Shown here one piece after another: positions 52,666 through 60,842 of a DNA stretch of 64,000 bases. Positions within the stretch are counted from its first letter, which is position 1, and the number at the start of each line of letters is the position of its first letter. Both the position numbers and the translations under genes were made by a program. The stretch is from a virus: IMG/VR virus record IMGVR_UViG_3300019935_000002, positions 1-64,000 of that record; one strand, 5' to 3'. The notes beneath the pieces are model-generated. The model did no database searches and was not told where the DNA came from. It saw nothing but the letters and a program-made list of their open reading frames with translations.

Positions 52666-52694
52666 ACTATAGCAAAGTATAAAAGACTTTGCAA
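52666..52694 (-). promoter_or_regulatory. Strong sigma70-like promoter with extended -10 and AT-rich UP region
   Basis: TTGCAA-17 nt-(TGc)TATAGT with an A/T tract upstream. Confidence 0.7.
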
Positions 52695-52958
52695 ACTCTT
52701 TTATAAAAATAGTAATAAATAAGTACCACGGTTAAAAATTCACGGTTATTAGAGTTACCGTGAAAAAATAACGAACTAGCAATATGACTGTTGCCTTGGG
52801 ACTGGTCACACCAGCCAGCCAGCGACAGAGACCCCCTCCCCAAAATGTTATGTTATAACGTAACATTTCACTCCTACCCTAACTCGTGATATTTTTGGAT
52901 TTTTAAAGTTAGTACCCGAATCCAACCCGTCAGCCTCCCTCCGACCAGAACCAGCCCC

Positions 52959-52987
52959 TTGCAAAGCTACAAAACCTGATCCATAAT
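52959..52987 (+). promoter_or_regulatory. sigma70-like promoter (rightward arm)
   Basis: TTGCAA-17 nt-CATAAT ahead of ORF 53018. Confidence 0.55.
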
Positions 52988-53017
52988 CAGCCCACAAACC
53001 TACTCAAGGAACTGAAC

Positions 53018-53578
53018 ATGAAATACGTTAAAGAGCTGAGGCTACATAAGGTTGGCGATATCCTCACCGGCAAAGATGGCAGAGACATGGGAGTCGTAGA
53101 GCACCTGAAATCAAAAGCCTGCGAAGTAGTGTCAAGCTCTAGCTTTATGGAAGCTGAGGAGCTAGTCCTAACCTTCAAATACGGCGCGCTTAGTGAAGAG
53201 TACCTGCATAGGTACGATAATCAGTTAGGCCCTTACCAACTGACTCTGCACCCCTCCGAGCAGAAGGTCGTCAGATCCGCCACCGTGTTCCTGCTGGGAG
53301 CGTCACTCTCCGATAAGAGTGTATGGAAGTTCATCGATAGCATTGAATGGGCCGATAGAATCACTGCCGAGGAGAGTATGTGCGAATACATTGACATCTC
53401 GCGAGGCGGCCAAGTGGTACTGACCATCACCGTAGAAAAGCCTCTGACCCAGGAAGATTTGATTGAGACCCTGGAGAAATCCCCGACCAACTACGTCATA
53501 AAGTACGTTGAGCTGACAGCTGATGATCGCTGCGACTTTGAAGAGGTGGACCGAAAAGCCTACGAGACTATAAGATAG
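53018..53578 (+). CDS. Hypothetical protein
   Basis: AAGGA SD; first ORF of the rightward arm. Confidence 0.65.
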   Translation: MKYVKELRLHKVGDILTGKDGRDMGVVEHLKSKACEVVSSSSFMEAEELVLTFKYGALSEEYLHRYDNQLGPYQLTLHPSEQKVVRSATVFLLGASLSDKSVWKFIDSIEWADRITAEESMCEYIDISRGGQVVLTITVEKPLTQEDLIETLEKSPTNYVIKYVELTADDRCDFEEVDRKAYETIR

Positions 53579-53632
53579 CAACTGGCCAGCTACGTGATTG
53601 ATATTACCGGCAACCCATTTACAAGGTGATTT

Positions 53633-53932
53633 ATGTCCAGACCACCCCGTAAGTCAGAGCCCGGACTTACTCGAATCAAGATGAAGTTCCACTTGTCGGG
53701 ACTAAGCTCGCCAGACCGGGCTGAGTCGTCTCTGGAGGCCGAGCGGCTACTAAGATCATGGGACTGTGTAACCTCATTATCTTGGGAAGTGAAGGAAGAC
53801 TGGATGTATGTCGACATCAAATTACTCCGAGGCTTCAAGACGTCGGCTGAGTTTAAGGTGGAGGTAGAACGGCGCATTAAGGGGCAAGTGTTCGCCTCCC
53901 TCCTTGTGATAACCGCAGCAGAGATAGCTTAA
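53633..53932 (+). CDS. Hypothetical protein
   Basis: AAGGTG SD. Confidence 0.6.
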   Translation: MSRPPRKSEPGLTRIKMKFHLSGLSSPDRAESSLEAERLLRSWDCVTSLSWEVKEDWMYVDIKLLRGFKTSAEFKVEVERRIKGQVFASLLVITAAEIA

Positions 53933-53941
53933 GGAACCACC

Positions 53942-54898
53942 ATGACCAAAAATTTTTCATCCCCCACACTCGACTACCACAACCTGCTTGTGGATCTGAA
54001 GTTGAACGGGCATACGGAATACAACGAACGTACCGGCAAGCGCTGTACGTTTCTTCTCAACAAGACTCTGACCTACGACAGGCTTCCTTATGTAGCCACG
54101 AAGAAGGTGGCGATTCGTTCTGCGGTGGCTGAGATGCTGGGCTACCTTAAGGGTTGCACGTCGGCTGCTGAGTTCCGAGCTTTAGGAACCAAGACATGGG
54201 ATGCCAATGCGAACGAGAACAAGGACTGGCTTGAGAATCCTGCTCGCAGGGGTCAGGACGACATGGGCCGGGTGTACGGGGCACAGGGAAGAGATTGGAT
54301 TTCTCCTGCTCATGGGCTTGACCGTTCTAAACCTCCTACTTTCTATGGCAACCTCCGCAGCACGGACCAACTGGCAAAAGTGCTTGACCATCTGCTTAAA
54401 AGAATCGACGACCGAGGCGAGATCATAACTTTCTGGAACCCAGGAGAATTTCATCTTGGCTGCCTGAGACCGTGCTTGCACACACACCACTTCTCTGTCA
54501 TGGACGGCAAGTTGTACCTGACCAGCACTCAGAGGTCGGCAGACGTTCCGCTGGGGCTGCCGTTCAACATGATCCAGCCTTGGTTCCTGCTTAAGTTTGT
54601 GGCCTGGCTGACAGGCATGGAGGCGGGCACTGTTACGCACCACATCGTCAACTACCACATCTACGAAGATCAGTGGGATGGCGTGGAAGAGCAGATCGGT
54701 CGTATAGAGGCTGGGATGATGTGCGACAACCGGAACAGGGAAGCGGCAGATGACTTTGCATTTTCCTCTGCTCTTCCTCAAGGCTGCGTGTTGGGATTAC
54801 AGGACGCACTGGACGAAATCAAGGAATTTAATACTGATTGCGTATGGTTCCCGGATGTTGACCATCTGTCGGCTATCGAGTTTCCTTTCTCTGTGTGA
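53942..54898 (+). CDS. thyA: Thymidylate synthase
   Basis: Motifs GRVYGAQGR, LRPCLH, QRSADVPLGLPFN (dUMP-specific Asn) and HIY. Confidence 0.95.
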   Translation: MTKNFSSPTLDYHNLLVDLKLNGHTEYNERTGKRCTFLLNKTLTYDRLPYVATKKVAIRSAVAEMLGYLKGCTSAAEFRALGTKTWDANANENKDWLENPARRGQDDMGRVYGAQGRDWISPAHGLDRSKPPTFYGNLRSTDQLAKVLDHLLKRIDDRGEIITFWNPGEFHLGCLRPCLHTHHFSVMDGKLYLTSTQRSADVPLGLPFNMIQPWFLLKFVAWLTGMEAGTVTHHIVNYHIYEDQWDGVEEQIGRIEAGMMCDNRNREAADDFAFSSALPQGCVLGLQDALDEIKEFNTDCVWFPDVDHLSAIEFPFSV

Positions 54899-54917
54899 CC
54901 GGACAGGCAGCTACTTG

Positions 54918-54946
54918 TTGACATAGGCTCAGAACCTGCCTAGTAT
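54918..54946 (+). promoter_or_regulatory. sigma70-like promoter of the ncRNA/tRNA operon
   Basis: TTGACA-17 nt-TAGTAT. Confidence 0.75.
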
Positions 54947-54952
54947 AGGGAC

Positions 54953-55611
54953 TGTTCAAATAGGTAGTTCCTTCCGGCTAGTCCGGAGGTTTTGGGTACC
55001 TCATCCAGGTACGGCATCTTAGCAGTGACACAGGCCTTTAAGGAGGTTCGACTGTGTAGCGGGTGCCTAATCGGCCGTAATGAGCAGCAGTGGGTTTTCT
55101 GAGTTCCCTTGAGCCGTCCGCCGGCACGGTCTGCGAATGCCGGCATCTGTTTGGTTTATGCGAAGCGATCTGGCCTCATCGCCTATAGATCGTGGAGGAA
55201 CCCCCATAAGTAGATGAGTGCTTGTGCAAGGGTGAGACTTAAACCGCTAAACAGGACGCCCTGCCAGCTAAGCTGGAGCCTGCACTAACCTGTAGTAAGG
55301 TCGAGCCCATGGCGGGTAATAAGTGCGTGGGACTATAGGGCAGTTGCAGGACTCTGCCACCCGCTGACTGACCAGCGGTTAAACAACACCTGCACCCGTG
55401 AAAGCGGAAACCCTTCGAGGTCGCAGAAGTAAAAGCGGCAACCGGCACCATCAGCGGTATATCTGGTGGTCGTTGGTTAGGGCTATTAGTTTGAAAAGGG
55501 TGTCTAAGTAAGCTTTCGGCCTCTGCATTCACCGATCAAAATACCACGCGGCCGCTTTAGAACAGAAGAGTGGAGAGTGAGGTTGGAATCCTCATAGCCC
55601 TAACCAATGAC
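54953..55611 (+). ncRNA. Large structured ncRNA candidate (GOLLD/ROOL-class)
   Basis: No plausible + strand ORF; own promoter; many hairpins; 17-bp terminal long-range helix; crossing helices; tRNA neighbourhood. Confidence 0.7.
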
Positions 55612-55638
55612 AATAATCTACGCAAGCAGGGTGTCATA

Positions 55639-56001
55639 ATGAGACAGCTAGACGACCACAAAATAAACCCAGCAAACGACACTATAAATATCACAGTTCT
55701 GGACGAACCTGGGGCAGGCGGAGCTTGCCACGAATATGAAATCAGCCACAGCGAAATGCCGTCGACTGTTATCAGCTTTCAGAACGGCCCGATTAGTGAA
55801 GAAGGGGTCGGAGTAAACGGCCTGACCCATGAAGTACTGCTGGCTATACTAGCTGATCGTCTGAGGGGTTTTCAGTCTGGCCCCTACGCATGTAAGGCCA
55901 ACGAGCAGGCGCTAACGAAGCTGGAAGAAGCGCAGCACTGGCTACAGCAGCGTACGCTGGAGCGCATGCGACGCGGCGTTGAGGGAACTCATAAGGTTTA
56001 A
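55639..56001 (+). CDS. tad1: Tad1-family anti-Thoeris/anti-CBASS nucleotide sponge
   Basis: GAGGACHEY, ISFQNGP, LLAILADRLRGFQSGPYAC..N..ALTKLEEA..W...R...R..RGVEGT match Tad1 along its whole length. Confidence 0.85.
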   Translation: MRQLDDHKINPANDTINITVLDEPGAGGACHEYEISHSEMPSTVISFQNGPISEEGVGVNGLTHEVLLAILADRLRGFQSGPYACKANEQALTKLEEAQHWLQQRTLERMRRGVEGTHKV

Positions 56002-56132
56002 GAGAACACTCCCCGGCAAGGAGTGATCGTCCGAGGGCGGGTTAGCAACCGTCAAGTGATCTTCGGGAGAATGAACGCGACGACCGTTCCGTTATTGCGG
56101 CTCACAACGCAGTGGCCTGACGGCCAAACTTT

Positions 56133-56207
56133 GGGCCTGTAGCTGGACGGTTCAAGCGGACGGCTCATAACCGTCTGACCCCGGTTCGATTCCGGGCAGG
56201 CCCACCA
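56133..56207 (+). tRNA. tRNA with CAT anticodon (Ile2 or Met)
   Basis: GGGCCTG/CAGGCCC acceptor, GACGG-CTCATAA-CCGTC anticodon arm, GGTTCGATTCC, encoded CCA. Confidence 0.9.
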
Positions 56208-56231
56208 CTAACTACACGAGAGGCAGAAATC

Positions 56232-56423
56232 ATGAAAACTTACGAAGAGTGGAAAGCTGATGTTGACCAAAAGGTCGATGATGCCGTCGCCGCAATGAAG
56301 CGAGTAAAGGCCGTTTTTGAGGAGATCGATAAGGTCGACACTAAGGGCGTCTCACCGACAGACGTACATGCCTTTGCGATTGCTGCGTCTCTTAAAATGA
56401 GTAAAGCCGCGGAGGAAATGTGA
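56232..56423 (+). CDS. Hypothetical protein within the tRNA cluster
   Basis: GAGG SD; 63 aa. Confidence 0.6.
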   Translation: MKTYEEWKADVDQKVDDAVAAMKRVKAVFEEIDKVDTKGVSPTDVHAFAIAASLKMSKAAEEM

Positions 56424-56701
56424 TGGACGTTTTCCCTAAGTGGTCAGTAGTAAATCTCGACAACGGCTATCAAGTGCTCGTAGAGCTGCGTGAACCGGAT
56501 GAAGACGAAGACGACCTAGAGACAGCGACCGCAATTGTAAGCTATAAGACGGCGTTCCCGGAGGCGTTGATGGAAGACAAGTCCTACGTAAAAGATAAAG
56601 CTCCAGAAGAGATTGACTTCGCGGCTATTACGACTACTGAGATTTGCCAGAAACGATGGGATGAGATGGACAAATCCTACAACGCCTTCTACTCTTTATG
56701 A
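56420..56701 (+). CDS. Acidic hypothetical protein within the tRNA cluster
   Basis: GGAGG SD; coupled to the previous ORF. Confidence 0.6.
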   Translation: MMDVFPKWSVVNLDNGYQVLVELREPDEDEDDLETATAIVSYKTAFPEALMEDKSYVKDKAPEEIDFAAITTTEICQKRWDEMDKSYNAFYSL

Positions 56702-56707
56702 TTCACA

Positions 56708-56781
56708 GCGCCATTAGCTCAGCCGGATAGAGCGGTCGTCTCCTAAGCGACAGGCCGTAGGTTCAAGTCCTGCATGGCGCA
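56708..56781 (+). tRNA. tRNA-Arg(CCT)
   Basis: GCGCCAT/ATGGCGC acceptor, GTCGT-CTCCTAA-GCGAC anticodon arm; CCA not encoded. Confidence 0.9.
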
Positions 56782-56785
56782 TCAC

Positions 56786-56859
56786 AGGTCGGTAGCTCAA
56801 AGGTAGAGCAGAGGTTCCAAACTCTCGTGTCGAGGGTTCGATTCCCTCCCGGTCTGCCA
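56786..56859 (+). tRNA. tRNA-Trp(CCA) with an irregular anticodon stem
   Basis: AGGTCGG/CCGGTCT acceptor, TT-CCA-AA loop, GGTTCGATTCC, CCA end. Confidence 0.75.
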
Positions 56860-56860
56860 A

Positions 56861-56934
56861 GCGGGTATAGTTCAAAGGTAGAACATCAGCCTTCCAAGCT
56901 GAGAATGCGAGTTCGATTCTCGTTGCCCGCTCCA
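56861..56934 (+). tRNA. tRNA-Gly(TCC)
   Basis: GCGGGTA/TGCCCGC acceptor, TCAGC-CTTCCAA-GCTGA anticodon arm, TCCA end. Confidence 0.93.
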
Positions 56935-57072
56935 ACCACACTACTCAGGGTGGTCAACTATGATGCTAATCCTTATCGCGCTTCTGATTCTTTTCCACTT
57001 AGTATTCGGCTAACTTGACTTCGAGCTGTGATAAACTCTACACAATGTTACACGCACAGTAGAGGGCGTCCT

Positions 57073-57408
57073 ATGTTCAGAGAAAGAGAAGTGTCAGGTC
57101 CAGTCAACTCGGCTATCGAAGTTGATGACCCTTACTTTAGTCGCCTCCCTAAAGGTTATATCACTGTCGCCTACTTTCAGGATCAGGCCTGCACCGTCCC
57201 TGCCACCCCCTCGACAGGCGACGTAACCCTGCACGTCTGGATGCGTGGAGGACAAGAGCCTTTGGAGCTTGAAGACTCGCCACTGCCCTCTACTGATGTA
57301 GCGTCATTTGGATCGTGGGCTGGGCCAGCTATAAAGTTCAAAGCTACAGCCAATGCGGTAGCTGGAGCTGCCTACTACAAGATGACAATTACAGCGAATA
57401 GAGGCTAA
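57073..57408 (+). CDS. Hypothetical (probable virion) protein
   Basis: GAGGG SD; beta-rich 111 aa. Confidence 0.55.
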   Translation: MFREREVSGPVNSAIEVDDPYFSRLPKGYITVAYFQDQACTVPATPSTGDVTLHVWMRGGQEPLELEDSPLPSTDVASFGSWAGPAIKFKATANAVAGAAYYKMTITANRG

Positions 57409-57411
57409 GAC

Positions 57412-58776
57412 ATGAGAGCACCAAGAGCCGTACCAAGTCGAGGTATAGAGATACGCGATGAGCACATCTTCTCCGACACCGCTGCCAGAGACGCCTACTT
57501 CTCCGCTAACCCTGGCGAGCTTAGAGCTAGCCTCTACGTCTCTGCTGGCAGCCAGCTCTTTAAGCGGGTTGCCGGGCAGTGGGCAGACTTGACCCCGGTT
57601 ATTCAAGGTCAACCGGGGAGCGAGACCGACTTCTCAGAGATACCTACTGATCACTTAGTCGCTATTGGTCTGGACAACAGACCATACGATTCAGGGCTGG
57701 TAAAACAAGGCAGAAACTTAAAGACCGAAGGGAGCATACAGGCAGGCCCATCCAGCCTGCTGATTGGTCCGAAGTTCCGGATGAGTTCAGGTGTGAACGC
57801 CGTAGCGTTCACACTGGGTACAGGTCAGGACGCGGTGGGTATCAACACCACCTATGACTCGCAGGGGTCGACTTACCCTTTCTACTACAAACTGGCCCCT
57901 ATGGAGAATTTGACGGTCAATAACAAGACTGACCAAATGGTCACGTCTCCATTTGAGCTGCAGTACTCCACTTTCGGCGATAACCTCACCTACGACTTCA
58001 TGTTTATACCTGCCGAAGCTGGAGAGATGCGGGTAAGGTACTGGCTAGGCACAGCCATCACTGACGAAGACCTAATCTTTGATGAGATCAGGGAGGTTAC
58101 TCAGGCAGAGGTGGACGCTGGAGTCCCGGTACAATTTGGCGTAGGCAACAAGTACATTCTGCCACAAGGACAAAACTTGTACGTCCAGTTCTCAGGTGTT
58201 GACCTGGTTGGAGGCTATCCTGACTCAGGCCCATTTGCAGGACAGCTTCTCCCTTACTTTGTCAGCCAGATTCACCCTTACCGCAAGATAACCTTCACCT
58301 CGTTCGGATGGTACGACTACAGCAACTCCCTGCCAGCGCAGAGCATCAGCAAGAATACCTGGACGACACTGCTAAATGACGGTGACGGCCCCTACACTAA
58401 CAAGGGGTACCCTCCACACGCAGTAGGAGAAATGCTGGACCCACTAACAGGCAGGATTCTGTTCGACGATCTTGACCCGGGAGACGAGGTCTATATCCGA
58501 CATACTCTGTCGGTCAAGCCGAATGCCAATGGCGTGACTTACTTCGTAAGACACCTTCTTGGCGACGGAGCTGGCCAGTATAGCTTGCCAATAGGCAGGC
58601 CTACTAAATTAGAGCAGGGCGGTGGAACGTCCACAGGTGACTTCGTAGTAGATACTCGTATTTACATAGGCGACAATAATACTCTTATCGGAGGGGCTGT
58701 CCCTCAGATACAGTTAAGCGGAACCGCCGAGGTAGCCTACAAAGGCGCCTACATTTCAGTAACCAGGAGAGGGTAA
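57412..58776 (+). CDS. Probable virion fibre/decoration protein
   Basis: Gly/Thr-rich beta protein with the N-terminal 'F.D.AARDAYF' motif. Confidence 0.45.
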   Translation: MRAPRAVPSRGIEIRDEHIFSDTAARDAYFSANPGELRASLYVSAGSQLFKRVAGQWADLTPVIQGQPGSETDFSEIPTDHLVAIGLDNRPYDSGLVKQGRNLKTEGSIQAGPSSLLIGPKFRMSSGVNAVAFTLGTGQDAVGINTTYDSQGSTYPFYYKLAPMENLTVNNKTDQMVTSPFELQYSTFGDNLTYDFMFIPAEAGEMRVRYWLGTAITDEDLIFDEIREVTQAEVDAGVPVQFGVGNKYILPQGQNLYVQFSGVDLVGGYPDSGPFAGQLLPYFVSQIHPYRKITFTSFGWYDYSNSLPAQSISKNTWTTLLNDGDGPYTNKGYPPHAVGEMLDPLTGRILFDDLDPGDEVYIRHTLSVKPNANGVTYFVRHLLGDGAGQYSLPIGRPTKLEQGGGTSTGDFVVDTRIYIGDNNTLIGGAVPQIQLSGTAEVAYKGAYISVTRRG

Positions 58777-59252
58777 TGATTGCATCAAAATTAGACTGGT
58801 CTCAAATAGAAAACTTCAAAAAGTCAGAGTTCCCTGCAGGCGTATTACGCCAGACGTCTGGCGAGCTGATAGAACAGCTGGCGAAGTACCGGACTCACCT
58901 GGGAAAGGCCCTGCATCCGTCTCCTAACCATAAGGGGTGGGCGAGGACAACCGGATCAGAGGGTTCCGAGCACTACGCTGTAGGGCGGCGATCCACAGCC
59001 GGTGACGTCTTCCTGTCATCAAGTCAAGATGCCAGATACGCATTTACTCTTGCCTGTCAGTACTTTAATGGCGTTGGCATCTACTATGACACTAAGCTTA
59101 ATGGCCAGCCACGCATCATGCTCCATCTCGACTTACGGGACACGCCGACGGTATGGTGCCGCCACCACGGAGAATACCTGTATCCTGCTAAAGGCGGACG
59201 AGATGCTGACGCATTCTACCACCTGCTGAACATAGGACTACCGCAACCATGA
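58776..59252 (+). CDS. M15-family Zn peptidase (endolysin candidate)
   Basis: NFKKSEF, SEH-x8-GD and HLDLR Zn-ligand pattern. Confidence 0.7.
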   Translation: MIASKLDWSQIENFKKSEFPAGVLRQTSGELIEQLAKYRTHLGKALHPSPNHKGWARTTGSEGSEHYAVGRRSTAGDVFLSSSQDARYAFTLACQYFNGVGIYYDTKLNGQPRIMLHLDLRDTPTVWCRHHGEYLYPAKGGRDADAFYHLLNIGLPQP

Positions 59253-59938
59253 AAAACCTGTCAGACAAGTTCTTTACGATAGTTGCGGCTATGGCTAAGG
59301 ATCGAACTATCGGGGATGCCGGAAAACTTCCTTGGCACATGCCGTCCGAGTTGCGTCACTTTAAATCTATCACCACAGGAAAGGTCGTAATCGCCGGTAG
59401 GAAGACCTACGAATCGCTCCCAAAAGCAGCGCTGGCAGGGAGGCAATACGTAGTGGTCAGCAGAGACCCCTACTACGTTCTACGTAGGGCAGAGGACATA
59501 CTGGCCACGGATCTTGAAGAGGCCGTGTTTGCAGCAGCTTACACCTCACCGTCAGCCGAGATTATGGTAATCGGGGGTGGCGAGATATTCCGACAGGCTG
59601 CCGAGTTCGCGGACCGCGCCATCATCTCTACGATAGATGCCGAGTTCCAGGGAGACACCGAGTTCCAGGCGGACTTGTCTGGATGGAGGTCGGACAAGGA
59701 GGAAGAGATCCGCTGCGAGACATCCGAACTAACTGCCACGATACACTACCTAACAAGGCCTGCAGATGGGAGACTGACACCCTGCACCGGCATCTGTTCA
59801 TCTTCCTCCCTTGGCGATCCGGTATGTGCAGGCTGCGGGAGAAAGTCAAAGGAGGTGGACTTATGGTATCTCCAACCAAAAGCCTATAAAAGGCTGGTAA
59901 CGAGTCGATTAAAGGAGAGTCAAAGTGACAGGACTTAA
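59249..59938 (+). CDS. folA: Dihydrofolate reductase with a C-terminal Cys-rich (DUF1289-like) domain
   Basis: IGDAGKLPWHMPSELRHFK, GRKTYESL, IGGGEIF and GDT, then PCTGIC...CAGCGR...EV..W. Confidence 0.88.
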   Translation: MKNLSDKFFTIVAAMAKDRTIGDAGKLPWHMPSELRHFKSITTGKVVIAGRKTYESLPKAALAGRQYVVVSRDPYYVLRRAEDILATDLEEAVFAAAYTSPSAEIMVIGGGEIFRQAAEFADRAIISTIDAEFQGDTEFQADLSGWRSDKEEEIRCETSELTATIHYLTRPADGRLTPCTGICSSSSLGDPVCAGCGRKSKEVDLWYLQPKAYKRLVTSRLKESQSDRT

Positions 59939-60440
59939 CCCGATCAAAGAACCCAAGCCTGCCCCGGAGCGCAGCCTAAACCTAAATATTAAGCAGGCAG
60001 TTTCCATGGTAGCTTCTGCGATGAGGGAAGGCATGCTAGACCCTGACGATGTGTTGATGCTGGAACAGGGAGGTATTCACCGGACGCAAGTAAAGCAGAG
60101 CGTATATGAGACCTATGAGGATCTGCTGGCGACTGCGCAGGAAACCCTAGCTGAGGTTAGATCCAACAAGGTCATGATCCGCGAGTCTCCCGCCGAGTTC
60201 AGCCGGATAGTTGGACTCGTAGTGAAGCTGATGGATTCAGTAAGAAAGTCTCAGTCAGAGGCTCGCAGGGTAGAGGAGTTGACGGCACTGGAATCTGCCC
60301 TGCATGGGTGCATATCTGACATCCAGGATGAGGTGTCGGGCAACAAGGACCTTGAGGTCCTTGTCGATTCTGCAGTTAAGACTATGATGCGTAACTTGGA
60401 AGACAACCTCAAGAACATACAGGCCAAGTACGAGGATTAG
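59925..60440 (+). CDS. Helical hypothetical protein (possible small terminase)
   Basis: AAGGAG SD; close to terL; no diagnostic motif. Confidence 0.35.
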   Translation: MTGLNPIKEPKPAPERSLNLNIKQAVSMVASAMREGMLDPDDVLMLEQGGIHRTQVKQSVYETYEDLLATAQETLAEVRSNKVMIRESPAEFSRIVGLVVKLMDSVRKSQSEARRVEELTALESALHGCISDIQDEVSGNKDLEVLVDSAVKTMMRNLEDNLKNIQAKYED

Positions 60441-60504
60441 GTTGCGATAGGGTCGGTCTATAAGGTAGTATCGGCCACATAGATACAACCTATCGGAGTG
60501 AATT

Positions 60505-60792
60505 ATGAACACTAAAGAGCTTATTAAGGTAGTGCACGAAGAAACTGGGCTGACTTATCGCGAAAGCGAGCGAGCTGTCAGGTCTGTAATTGGTCAAGTT
60601 AAAGAGGCGGTTGCAGGTGGGGACGAGGTCAACCTGAAGGGTTTACTGAATATTAAACGTGTCCACCGTAATGCCAGAGTATATAAGTCCGGAATGACAG
60701 GCAGCACAGTGACTAAACCAGCGCACACTCGGCCAGTTATTAGTCTTTCGGGCCCGCTGGTGAAAGAAGCCACGCGCGATATTAACGGTTGA
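60505..60792 (+). CDS. HU/IHF-like DNA-binding protein
   Basis: MNTKELIKVV...GDEVNLKGL...RNAR...TG pattern. Confidence 0.8.
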   Translation: MNTKELIKVVHEETGLTYRESERAVRSVIGQVKEAVAGGDEVNLKGLLNIKRVHRNARVYKSGMTGSTVTKPAHTRPVISLSGPLVKEATRDING

Positions 60793-60817
60793 CTTGCAGC
60801 TGACCTTCTGCGGCGAT

Positions 60818-60842
60818 AAAAGGCCTCCTAGGAGGCCTTTTT
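60818..60842. terminator. Bidirectional intrinsic terminator
   Basis: AAAAGGCCTCC-TA-GGAGGCCTTTTT between the convergent HU and terL genes. Confidence 0.85.

Noticed and set aside
53942-54898. ThyA as a dCMP/dUMP hydroxymethylase
   Set aside because: It keeps the Asn of PFN and a canonical ThyA layout, and DHFR and dUTPase are present.
54940-55532. Minus-strand ORFs 54940-55146 and 55239-55532
   Set aside because: Antisense to a clear + strand promoter, no convincing SD, low-quality composition; better explained by the structured RNA.
56714-57018. ORFs overlapping the tRNA cluster
   Set aside because: Shadow translations of tRNA genes.
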